From IMG/VR virus record IMGVR_UViG_3300021400_000252: a DNA stretch of 64,000 nucleotides; one strand, 5' to 3'. Below are positions 43,469 through 53,046 of this stretch, piece after piece; positions within the stretch are counted from its first letter, which is position 1, and each line of letters begins with the position of its first letter. The translations under genes were made by a program, and so were the position numbers. Below the pieces are notes generated by a model. The model did not search any database. It was not told the origin of the DNA and saw only the letters and a program-made list of their open reading frames with translations. This DNA is from a virus. Lineage: Duplodnaviria; Caudoviricetes.

Positions 43469-43666
43469 TTATCTATATTTTTTATTTTTTGTATGACGCA
43501 TTAGCATATCATGCTTGAACTGAGCCATCTCTTTTGATGATCTAAAGAATTCGTGCTTCTTAACTTCATCTAGAACATAACTTCTAAGTACTTCTCTCTT
43601 AAAACGTCTTAATAACATTTCATCAGATTCACCATCACGCTTAATTACCTTAACATTTGTTGCCAT
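43469..43666 (-). CDS. rpsU: Ribosomal protein bS21
   Basis: VKV.RDGES.E.LLRRFKR.V....L.EVKKHEFF matches the bS21 signature; 65 aa, basic. Confidence 0.85.
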   Translation of the reverse strand: MATNVKVIKRDGESDEMLLRRFKREVLRSYVLDEVKKHEFFRSSKEMAQFKHDMLMRHTKNKKYR

Positions 43667-43685
43667 TAATTAATCACCTACATTC

Positions 43686-44717
43686 CTATTTTTTATTTTC
43701 TGACTCACTAGGCAAAACCGGTAAGTCATGTTGCAACCTATATTGATTTAAGATTTTTGGATATTCTTCCAAAGTTGTAAAATTAAATTCTGACCAATTA
43801 GCTGGTCTTTCTCTTGTCCAAACACTTGCATAAGGACATAACCATTTTGATTTATTTGGTGCACTTTCATTTGTTCTACAGAATTCACACCAATGACATA
43901 ATGGTTTTGGAGCTGGTTTAAATTCTTGAGCTAATATTTTTTCAAATAATGACATTAATTTAGCAGTTCCTTTTTCGATGTAATTTTTATGTCCTGCACT
44001 AGCTAGTTCATTCGAGATTGGAAGATAATATTGACAAGAGATATCATCTGTACTTTTTTCCTTCATCTTTGCTAATGCTAACGAATAAACTACAAATTGA
44101 AGTGGAGTAGCTAATTCATCTTTATGTTTTTCGATATTAGGCCAAGATTTTATATCTTCAATTATATATTTATCAGTAGTTTTATCTCTATATAATCTAT
44201 CGATTGATCCTGTAAATGTCCAAGTATCATCAAATTTAAAATTAATCGGAACTTCTGATCCAACTATTTCTAAATTTGGATTATCTTTTAGATATTTTTC
44301 TAAATAAAACATATTTTTATGAATATAATCTTGATATTTTGTTTCATAGTCTTTACCTGAATAATCATCTTTAGTTATCCAATCATTTGAATATCTCTTC
44401 TTTACTTTTATACAATCAATCATGAACTTATTTTTTATTTTTATATAATTAATTGGTTCATTTTTTATTATATAATTTCCAATTGATTCTTCTGCTTTAT
44501 GAATTGCTGTACCAAACTCTGTTGCAATACTTCCACTGTATACAAAGTTCTTGTCTAAATACTTTAATTTAAATTTAAATCCACAGCTTTTAAAACAATC
44601 AATTTTTGAATAAGACCACTTAGACTCAAGTAATTTATCAATAAACTTTTCATATTCAGTTTTTTCGACTACTTCTTCGACTTTTTCTTCGTTCGGACTA
44701 TTATTTTGTGTTTCCAC
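43686..44717 (-). CDS. PD-(D/E)xK nuclease (Cas4/AddB-like)
   Basis: WSYSK..F..C, GTAIH, GSIDR, IEDIKS, QFVVY, CHWCEFC...C. Confidence 0.85.
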   Translation of the reverse strand: METQNNSPNEEKVEEVVEKTEYEKFIDKLLESKWSYSKIDCFKSCGFKFKLKYLDKNFVYSGSIATEFGTAIHKAEESIGNYIIKNEPINYIKIKNKFMIDCIKVKKRYSNDWITKDDYSGKDYETKYQDYIHKNMFYLEKYLKDNPNLEIVGSEVPINFKFDDTWTFTGSIDRLYRDKTTDKYIIEDIKSWPNIEKHKDELATPLQFVVYSLALAKMKEKSTDDISCQYYLPISNELASAGHKNYIEKGTAKLMSLFEKILAQEFKPAPKPLCHWCEFCRTNESAPNKSKWLCPYASVWTRERPANWSEFNFTTLEEYPKILNQYRLQHDLPVLPSESENKK

Positions 44718-44808
44718 TGAATCACCTCGTATAAAATTTAATATAAAATAACGTTTCTAGGAACGTTTTTTAGATTTGATTGGTTTTCTATCAGGTCTAA
44801 AATAAAAC

Positions 44809-45729
44809 TTAATTAGAAATCAAATTACATACAATATAATCTAATAATATTTTAGAATTTCCGTAATCTAATTGTCCTAGATTTAATCTTAAATTAATAC
44901 TAGAAAGAAATTTTAATTGTTTTTCCATTCTCTCTAAATCTACATTTCTATAAAAATTCTTTAATGCCCAAACTTGTTTTGAAGTTAATTTTAAATCTGT
45001 TGGTAATACTCCACTATTTCCTTTAATTAAAATTAGTTGTTTTAATTTGTTAATCATTAAAGTTAAAATAAATATTGGATCGCTATCCCATAGTGTTCTA
45101 TGAGCTATCATATCAGTTAAAATTAATCTATCATTATTTATTAGTGCATCAACGAATTTAAAAGTATTTAATCCATATAAATGAGAATTCTTGTCATTTT
45201 TTAGTTTTAATAAAACTTCATTAGCAAGTTTTGGATCAAATAGATTAACTTTATCTAATTCATTATCGATTGCATAAACATTTCCATTTGTAACTGTATA
45301 TAACCAATCAGTTGCTTCTGGACTTAATGTTGGACATTGAACTTGTTTAATATAATCTTTTATTTGCCAATCAGTTAATTTTGGAACTTCAACAATATAT
45401 TGTTCTAATTTTGTTATCAACTTTTTATCTATTTTTTCACAAACAATTATAGTATTTTCAACTAAATCGAAATCATAATTTTCTTTAAATACGTCTGTTC
45501 TAATAATATTTAAATCTTTTTTAAAATCACCAATTAATGCTATAGCTGAATTCTTATTTACTTCAGCTAAACTATCAATTAGATTATGCTTATAACCATT
45601 TTGGTCACATATCCAATTAATATATTGATCAGCTAACCAAGTTTGTTTATCTTTACATACAAATACTAATAAATCAATAGTTAAAGTATCATCTTCAATA
45701 GAATGTTTTAATTCATCTAAGCTAATCAT
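44809..45729 (-). CDS. holA: Clamp loader delta-like subunit
   Basis: Inactive AAA+ with NELDK and F.FVDAL motifs; adjacent to delta' and DnaX. Confidence 0.65.
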   Translation of the reverse strand: MISLDELKHSIEDDTLTIDLLVFVCKDKQTWLADQYINWICDQNGYKHNLIDSLAEVNKNSAIALIGDFKKDLNIIRTDVFKENYDFDLVENTIIVCEKIDKKLITKLEQYIVEVPKLTDWQIKDYIKQVQCPTLSPEATDWLYTVTNGNVYAIDNELDKVNLFDPKLANEVLLKLKNDKNSHLYGLNTFKFVDALINNDRLILTDMIAHRTLWDSDPIFILTLMINKLKQLILIKGNSGVLPTDLKLTSKQVWALKNFYRNVDLERMEKQLKFLSSINLRLNLGQLDYGNSKILLDYIVCNLISN

Positions 45730-46547
45730 TAATTATCACTTCCTAATACAACTTTATCATATAAAACCATTAGAAAATTTATCATAAATTGTTCTTTAAC
45801 TGGTTTATTTGCTTCAGTATATAAAGACTTATAATTATTAGTAATTTCATAAATCTTTAATGAATCTAAATTATTGGATAATAAATACTCATCAAATGCT
45901 ACATATTCTAATACATTTAAAAATAAATTAAAATCAAATAATTCATAATCTTCTTTATAATTTATTTTTGTAAAAATTCCTAAAAAAGATTCTTTAGTGT
46001 AAGCACGTATTGAACGAACAATTTTAGAACATAAAGTAGAAAGTTTAGTTAATTGGTCATCATCTTTATCTAATAGTTGACCTGGAGTTTTACAAACTTT
46101 ATACATTAAATCACTGAAATGCATATTATTTAATGATGCAATTTCTTTTAATTGATCTGGTGTATATTGAGCAAATCTAAATTTTATACATCTATTTAAT
46201 ATAGTTGGAAGTATAAATGACTCAGAAGTACTTGTTAAAATTACGAAAACATTTTTAGTAGGTTCTTCAATAAACTTTAAAAATTGATTTTGATTTTTCT
46301 GTTTAAATAAATCAAGATTAATCCTATAAATTTTTGGATGAACTCCATATAAATATGAATCTAGCTCTTCATCAGTAACTTCTTCACTTATATCTACAAT
46401 TTCTAAATCGACTTTCTTTGCTAAATAATTACTAATTAATTTCTTTCCACAACCATCTTCACCAATAAATAATATTGATTTTGGAAGTGATTCTCTAGTA
46501 TATTGATTAATTAAATTCATAATTGGTTCTTGTCCAATAATATTCAT
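45729..46547 (-). CDS. holB: Clamp loader delta-prime-like subunit
   Basis: IIGQ, GEDGCGK, FLKFIEEP, ILPTILNRC. Confidence 0.75.
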   Translation of the reverse strand: MNIIGQEPIMNLINQYTRESLPKSILFIGEDGCGKKLISNYLAKKVDLEIVDISEEVTDEELDSYLYGVHPKIYRINLDLFKQKNQNQFLKFIEEPTKNVFVILTSTSESFILPTILNRCIKFRFAQYTPDQLKEIASLNNMHFSDLMYKVCKTPGQLLDKDDDQLTKLSTLCSKIVRSIRAYTKESFLGIFTKINYKEDYELFDFNLFLNVLEYVAFDEYLLSNNLDSLKIYEITNNYKSLYTEANKPVKEQFMINFLMVLYDKVVLGSDN

Positions 46548-46560
46548 AATTAATCACCAC

Positions 46561-47589
46561 CTAACGTCTAATAAAAGATATTAAAGAAATAATAATAGTA
46601 TTTTGATAAGATGAATCGAATCTAACTAATGTTTTTAATTTTAATAATACTTCTGATAAATCATTTAAATAATTTATAGCTTCATTTGGATTACTTCCAC
46701 AATTAAATATAACAGATTGAACATTTTGTTCTAGATACTTTGGAATCGCAGTAACATCAATATTTCTAAATAAAACATATTTTGTTAAATCTAAATTAAA
46801 GCTTAGATAATTAGTTAAGAACGCTTTTAGATCATGTCCACTATTAAATAATGTAGTAATAATTTCAATGATTGTTTTTTGATCCTTTTCAATTAAAGCT
46901 TTAGTTAATCTTAACATATTTAATAAAGTTAAATCACCAACAACTGTTTTAACACTATCTAATGTTAAATTATCTGAATAATCTGAACATTGTTCTAATG
47001 TCATAATAGCATCACGAAGAGAACCATTACTAATCTTTGCAATTAAATCTAATGCATCTTCAGTGATTTTAATATTTTCACTATTACAAATAATTTGTAA
47101 TCTTGATTTAATATCTTCTAAAGAAATTTTACCAAAATTATATCTTTGTAATCTATTTAAAATTGTTTCAGGTATCTTTTCTGGTTCTGTTGTACAGAAG
47201 ATATAAATAGTAAATTCAGACGGTTCTTCAATACTCTTTAAGAATGCATTCCAAGCTGCTGAAGAGAACATGTGACATTCATCTAAAATAAATACCTTAT
47301 ATTCTCCATGCAAAACTCTTTTTCTAGATAATTTTAAAATATCTTTTACATCTTCTACTGAGTTATGTGAAGCACAGTCTAATTCAATTGGAGCTTCTTG
47401 ATCATTGACTTTATTTGCAAAAATCTTTGCTAATGTTGTCTTACCACAACCAGATGCTCCACTAAATAAATAGCCATGTTTAATTTTTTTATTCTTTAAT
47501 TGACTTTGTAGAATATCACAATTAATTGATTGTCCAACAACATGTTCAAATTCAGTTGGACGATATTTTACGGCTAAAGATTGTTCCAC
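46561..47589 (-). CDS. dnaX: Clamp loader gamma/tau-like subunit
   Basis: LAVKYRP..F..VVGQ, GASGCGKTT, ILDECHM, LKSIEEP, GSLRDA; GTG start after GAGGTG. Confidence 0.9.
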   Translation of the reverse strand: MEQSLAVKYRPTEFEHVVGQSINCDILQSQLKNKKIKHGYLFSGASGCGKTTLAKIFANKVNDQEAPIELDCASHNSVEDVKDILKLSRKRVLHGEYKVFILDECHMFSSAAWNAFLKSIEEPSEFTIYIFCTTEPEKIPETILNRLQRYNFGKISLEDIKSRLQIICNSENIKITEDALDLIAKISNGSLRDAIMTLEQCSDYSDNLTLDSVKTVVGDLTLLNMLRLTKALIEKDQKTIIEIITTLFNSGHDLKAFLTNYLSFNLDLTKYVLFRNIDVTAIPKYLEQNVQSVIFNCGSNPNEAINYLNDLSEVLLKLKTLVRFDSSYQNTIIISLISFIRR

Positions 47590-47621
47590 ATTATCACCTC
47601 GATATAATATAATACAACAAA

Positions 47622-47978
47622 TTAAAGTGGTTTTATTTGTTTTATATAGTCTATATTTAACCAACCCTCTCAAATTTTTGTTTGAGTAAATGAATCTCCA
47701 AGGTCAGCTTCAACACCCATAACTTGAATCATTTTAGCAATAGATTGGTTTACAGTTATTTTTAAATATTTTGAACTAGGTTTTCTAGTATTTTCCCATT
47801 CGTAAATTTTATCTGTTAATAATAATTCACTATTTAATTCAATAAGATAGCTTTTACCTACTGAATAAATATCACCAGAGTATTTAGGAATAAAATAAGA
47901 ATTTGTTTCTGGATCGTAAGAAGATGGAATAGCTAATTCTAGAGATAATAATTGTTTTTTAATTATGTCTGAAGGCAT
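47622..47978 (-). CDS. Hypothetical protein (TGA 47670-47672 read through)
   Basis: Read-through gives KI-W-EGWLN...KPL ending TAA just before the class A motif at 47609-47617. Confidence 0.7.
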
Positions 47979-47988
47979 ATTAATCTCC

Positions 47989-48384
47989 TTATTCTTCTGG
48001 ATTATTTTTTAATTCTGCAATATAATCCAATAACATATTAAATAATCTCTCATCAATAATGTAATGATTTTCATTATATGGAGCATCAGGACCAAAATTA
48101 ATTACGATAGCTGAATAGTGTTTACCCATTTGAATACTTTCTTTTAGTTGTTTATCAAACCATTCTTTTTTAATAGAAATTGATTCGGAATTTGATGTTT
48201 TTGTTTTACATTCTAAAGTAAAGTCTTCTAATAAAACATCTGATTTTTGAAATAATGAAGCACCAGAGTTTTTTGTTTGTTTACCACCTGTAGCTTTTGC
48301 TACAGCTTTTTCTTGTTTATCTGAGAAAAATCTGGTGGGTTTACCACCAGAACTCTCGGATTTTATTCTAAACGGATTGGACAT
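47989..48384 (-). CDS. Holliday-junction-resolvase-like PD-(D/E)xK nuclease
   Basis: QEKAVAK..GG....NSGA...KSDV....LECKT. Confidence 0.7.
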   Translation of the reverse strand: MSNPFRIKSESSGGKPTRFFSDKQEKAVAKATGGKQTKNSGASLFQKSDVLLEDFTLECKTKTSNSESISIKKEWFDKQLKESIQMGKHYSAIVINFGPDAPYNENHYIIDERLFNMLLDYIAELKNNPEE

Positions 48385-49633
48385 CTTGTAAATCTTCTTC
48401 AGTAAGTCCATCAGCAGCTAGAGCTGCGGCTTCTGTTGGAATATCTTTCATAATCTGTGCTTCTTGATCCATTAATTCAGCTACGACATTTTGATCTAAT
48501 AAATTTAAGTTTTCTTTCTTACCACATAAGAAATCTAAAACTTGGAAATAGTATTCATCAAAGAAATCTTTATTTTCTTCAAGATAATTTTCTAATTCAG
48601 CATGTTTTGAAAATTGTAAATCTCTTCCTGTAACTTTATCTTTTAAAATTTCACCTGTTACTGGATCAACTAATGCTTCTGTTCTAGGAGATGGATGGAA
48701 TAAAATTTTAGCAGTTTCTATAACCTCTAAGAAGTCATATACTCTATCAATTCCTTTTCCAAATTTAACTGTAATAAATCCACCAGCATTTGTCATAATA
48801 TTAGTTCTATTTTTTACTACAACATAATGGAATTGCATTCCGTTAACCTTATCGGCATAGTCACTTTGAGCTTTAGATGAACTAATATCCGTTTTTAATA
48901 AACCTGTAGCAGTTGGAGCCGTAAATGTACGTGTACCAAATCTAATCTTAACACTTGGGAAGAATCTTAATGAATAACCACCAGATTCAGTATATGTTGT
49001 TGAGAACATTTCTTTTTCAATAGTTACTTGATTTATTACTAATAAAATATTATTTCTCTTAGGAAGATATTGAACCATTGCTCTGACAAATTTACCCATA
49101 GACTTAGCAATAGAAGCTCTTTGACCATTATCTTTAACAAATTCATTATCTAAATCAGCCATTGAAATTAAAGCTTTAGATGAATCTAATACAATCATAC
49201 CAATTTCATCATATCCTTGTAAATCGATAACATCTGAAAAAATTTCCTCAGCAGCTTTACCAGTAGTATCATACCTTAAGAAACAACTTTCATCATAAGA
49301 TAGACCATAATCAGATTTAAAATATGCACCTTGAGTTAATAGAGTATTTTCTCCATCAATCCAAAGACAAACTTTTCCAGGATTTTCTTCTTGATATCTT
49401 GCCATCATTGCTGCAGCGTAAGAAGATTTACCTGAATGTTCTACACCAGAAACAGTAACTAATTGTCCATAAGGTAAACCACCTTTAAATGATAAATCAA
49501 TTGGAAGAGATTTTAAAGGTAATTTCTTTAAATCTCTAGATGGATCACCAAATGAAAGAACTTTTCATTTTTTATTAGCGGAATTTATATTTGCAACCGC
49601 TTCTGCAAATGTTTTTGCTTCCTTTTTAGCCAT
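48368..49633 (-). CDS. recA: RecA/UvsX-like recombinase (TGA 49565-49567 read through)
   Basis: GGLPYG, Walker A GVEHSGKS (upstream of the ORF-track start), IDGE, VLDS, INQ, GGYSLRF, KNR. Confidence 0.9.
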
Positions 49634-50160
49634 TAATTATCTCCATTTTCATCATTATTATAAGGCATTTGATCTAATTCACTACGTGGACTATATTGAT
49701 TCTTAGCTTCAGCAGCTCTTGAGATCAAAATATTACTTAATACACTTACAATTCTATGTGCTTCATCACACTTAGTTTTTAATAAGTTTGTCGAAGTATT
49801 ATACAATATTGAAACAGCTTGTCTATCTAAAGTATCTAGAATAGATTGATTCTTTTTTGCTTCTACAGAACCAGCTGTAGTTGAGAATGAACGTGCGGCT
49901 GCTTCTTTATATAAAGCTGAGGCACAAGCATCTCTAAGAGAATTTTGTTCTTTTAAAATTCCAATAGAATAAGCTTCAACACTGATCTTAGCCATAGTTT
50001 CTCTTATTTCAGCGTTGGTCATTAAATCAACACCAAGAGCAACTTTCTTAATTAAAGCATCTAATCTTGCAGTCATTTCATTAGTAAGATCTGCAACTGA
50101 TTCAGCTAATTGATCTACAACCTTATTTACTTCATCTTTAGCATTAGTAATATCTATCAT
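49633..50160 (-). CDS. Helical hypothetical protein (possible recombination mediator)
   Basis: Coupled between RecU-like and RecA genes; function inferred from position only. Confidence 0.6.
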   Translation of the reverse strand: MIDITNAKDEVNKVVDQLAESVADLTNEMTARLDALIKKVALGVDLMTNAEIRETMAKISVEAYSIGILKEQNSLRDACASALYKEAAARSFSTTAGSVEAKKNQSILDTLDRQAVSILYNTSTNLLKTKCDEAHRIVSVLSNILISRAAEAKNQYSPRSELDQMPYNNDENGDN

Positions 50161-50654
50161 TATATCACCTCTTTATTTAATATTTTATCTTTAATTGATA
50201 AAAAATCACACTTTAAGAATGTTGAAAGTTTCTTAGTAGGTACAATTATATAATTATAATCAGTAGATTTTGAAGTAAATAATTTAACATTGATTGATTT
50301 ATTTCCATCATTCTTTATTCTCATAGCTTCTTGGTCAGAAACCATGACAACTAAATCATGGCTCTTATACCAAATAACTACATATCCCATAACATTTTTA
50401 TAAGTTGTTGATAACTTATACATACGTTCTAATTGAGGAAATTTTTGAAAATTTAAAGTATTTTCTTCAGTAACTTTACATTCTAAATAGATTAATTTAT
50501 CTTCTAAAAATGAATAATAATCGGCAGGGTTTTGAGACACATCTTTATATTTTGTTATTTGATCGTATAAACGAGCAATTAAATATTCCGGAAATGATTT
50601 AGACCAGTAATCTTTAAAGTGCTCTTCCCAAGCTTTACCGTAATTATATGCCAT
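50160..50654 (-). CDS. RecU-like Holliday junction resolvase
   Basis: NYGKAWEE, PADY, LECK, Q motif. Confidence 0.7.
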   Translation of the reverse strand: MAYNYGKAWEEHFKDYWSKSFPEYLIARLYDQITKYKDVSQNPADYYSFLEDKLIYLECKVTEENTLNFQKFPQLERMYKLSTTYKNVMGYVVIWYKSHDLVVMVSDQEAMRIKNDGNKSINVKLFTSKSTDYNYIIVPTKKLSTFLKCDFLSIKDKILNKEVI

Positions 50655-50656
50655 TT

Positions 50657-51799
50657 TTATTCTCCAAATTCAGATCTAGGCCATTCAGGAATTAAGTTAT
50701 ACACATTATTATAAGTAATTAAAATTGGATTTGTTCTAATTACATCAGACTTAATTCCAAACTTAATATTAATTAAATCTGTAGTACAACTATTTAAGAT
50801 TGATTTAATGTCATAAGTATTAATTATAATTGAAATAGGAGCTTCAACCTTAGTTCCAAGTTCTAAGTATTCCATATTCTTATTCTTATCAATAATTGTA
50901 CATTCATTTTCATTTAAAACTAAATTAACTAGAGATGTTGTCTTTTCAAATAAATCGTCTGTTGACTTTCTAAAAGTGTCTAATCTATTTAAAACTTCAT
51001 AAAAAGCTTTAACTGGGAAATCAACATTATGACTATAATCTAAATTAAACATTCTCTTTGAAGATTCATAATTTGATCGAATTCTAGTAATTAAAATATC
51101 ATCAATATTAATATAAGAACATAAATAAACCTTATCTGAAACTAAAGATAACTTAGCTGTTGCATTATCAACTCCATAAGTAGCTTTAACATCCGTAGTA
51201 AATAACTTAAATAGATTTACAAAATGTTCACTTAACATTAATTCAGCATCAGTATTTAATTCAAACTGATTAAAACAGCTACCAATTCCAAATGTAAAAC
51301 ATCCATTCTTTGTTAAATAGAATAAATGATGGATTGGATCATCTGAATCCTTTACTTTCTTTACTTCTTTAGCATTAACATTTAAGATTGATTCCAAATT
51401 AGCTAAAGAAAAATCAAATTCAGAAAGTTTATTTTCAATTACTATCGGTTTAATCTGATTATTTAATTCTCTAACAATATATGGTAATGAATACTTTGAT
51501 TTGCCACTCTTAATTTTTAAAGATGTTTCTTCAAAAATTAATTCAATTTCTTCTGAAGCTAAACTTGAAACTAAAGTTAAGAATGCTTCAGCACCAACTA
51601 CAGCAGATTTATCTTCTGAATTGTCTGTTGGCTCAGCTTCTGCTTTTACAGAAACATAATATTCTTTATTTGTAACGCTTAAATATAATAAATTATCTTT
51701 AGTATTAAGCTTTACATCTTCAATATTCTTAGAATCTACACTACGTGCAGTACTAATTAATGAAACTAATTCTTTAATATTTTCTGTTTTTATTAACAT
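50657..51799 (-). CDS. dnaN: Beta sliding-clamp-like protein
   Basis: 380 aa, beta-clamp-like pattern (L.LSVTN..., LKIKSGKSKYSLP); clamp loader nearby. Confidence 0.65.
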   Translation of the reverse strand: MLIKTENIKELVSLISTARSVDSKNIEDVKLNTKDNLLYLSVTNKEYYVSVKAEAEPTDNSEDKSAVVGAEAFLTLVSSLASEEIELIFEETSLKIKSGKSKYSLPYIVRELNNQIKPIVIENKLSEFDFSLANLESILNVNAKEVKKVKDSDDPIHHLFYLTKNGCFTFGIGSCFNQFELNTDAELMLSEHFVNLFKLFTTDVKATYGVDNATAKLSLVSDKVYLCSYINIDDILITRIRSNYESSKRMFNLDYSHNVDFPVKAFYEVLNRLDTFRKSTDDLFEKTTSLVNLVLNENECTIIDKNKNMEYLELGTKVEAPISIIINTYDIKSILNSCTTDLINIKFGIKSDVIRTNPILITYNNVYNLIPEWPRSEFGE

Positions 51800-51848
51800 T
51801 ATTTCACCATACTTTCAATATTTTTATTATATATTATTATACAATATT

Positions 51849-53036
51849 TTATTGGTCTTCCCAAACTTTAGGGTCATCTGGATCCCATTCAATAACATCT
51901 TTTTTATTAGTTAAAACATCTATTACTGCTTGTTTAGGTAATTCACAATTTTCTTCAAGGATAATATCTTTTGCTTCTTCGAAAGACTTACCTTTAGATT
52001 CTAATTTCTTAAAATCATCTAAAATGTGGTTAGCTAACTCATCACCATACCAACGTTGAACATTATATGGGTCACAACTCATTGGAACTTTCATATAAGG
52101 TTTAGCTGAATCAATCATAATTTGTGGTAATCTTTCTTCTACTTCTTTATTATAGAAGTCTAGACATTCAACTAATATTTCATCATGTACTGAACAAACT
52201 AATCTAGCACCATATTCTTTTAATTTTTCATCAAAATAAATATTTACCATTGCTATCTTTGTTAAAGTAGCAGCACCACCTTGAATTCTTGCATTAAAGC
52301 ATTGTCTTTCACATTGTGCGATAGTTCCAGTATTTGATATTAAAATATAACCATCTTTTCTAGCTTGTTGTTGGAGCTTTTCAAAAGCTTTATCACCTTT
52401 ACATTCTTCAGCTTTAGCTAAATAAGATTTCATTTTATCAGTAACTAATTCTCTATCTTTACAACCTAAAATCGGATTAAAAGTCTCAGTTTTATTTTTA
52501 GTTGGATCCTCATATCGAATTTCAAATCTAGGTAAGAAATATTTTGGTAAATGTCTACGTCTACCAAACCAGTCTTCGACATAACCATACTTTTTTAAAC
52601 TCTCTTTTGAATAATCAATAGCTTCTTTTACTTTACTGAATTCTGCGAAGAAGTTATCAAGTAGTTCTTGACCTTCCTCTTTTGATTTACCCATTGTCAT
52701 ACCAGCTCTTGCAGCACCCATACCATAAGTAGATGCTAATAAAAGTTTTTTACCAATAGTTCTATTAGCTTTACCTTGTAAATTTTTATGTGTTTTATGT
52801 CCAGCAATAATTTTCTTTCCATCTATTTCTATTTCAGTACCTTCAGGATAAAATTCAAGATTATCTTCATAATTATTCTTTAAAGCACCAGCAGAAATAA
52901 CAGCATATAAGTCTTTACCTTCTAAGTATGCATTTAACATTTTTTCCTCACCAGATAAGTGACATGTTAAACGAGGTTCTTGAGCTGAGAAGTCTGAACC
53001 TACGATTTTTCGTCTAATTCTTGTTTTAATCTTCAT
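51849..53036 (-). CDS. polA: Family A DNA polymerase, C-terminal part (motifs A, B, C)
   Basis: DFSAQEPR, RTIGKKLLLASTYG, NARIQG, VHDE; own AGGAGAGG RBS. Confidence 0.92.
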   Translation of the reverse strand: MKIKTRIRRKIVGSDFSAQEPRLTCHLSGEEKMLNAYLEGKDLYAVISAGALKNNYEDNLEFYPEGTEIEIDGKKIIAGHKTHKNLQGKANRTIGKKLLLASTYGMGAARAGMTMGKSKEEGQELLDNFFAEFSKVKEAIDYSKESLKKYGYVEDWFGRRRHLPKYFLPRFEIRYEDPTKNKTETFNPILGCKDRELVTDKMKSYLAKAEECKGDKAFEKLQQQARKDGYILISNTGTIAQCERQCFNARIQGGAATLTKIAMVNIYFDEKLKEYGARLVCSVHDEILVECLDFYNKEVEERLPQIMIDSAKPYMKVPMSCDPYNVQRWYGDELANHILDDFKKLESKGKSFEEAKDIILEENCELPKQAVIDVLTNKKDVIEWDPDDPKVWEDQ

Positions 53037-53046
53037 AATACCTCTC

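Noticed and set aside
43686-44717. Cas4 as evidence of a CRISPR-Cas locus
   Set aside because: No array or other cas genes; such nucleases are common in phage replication blocks
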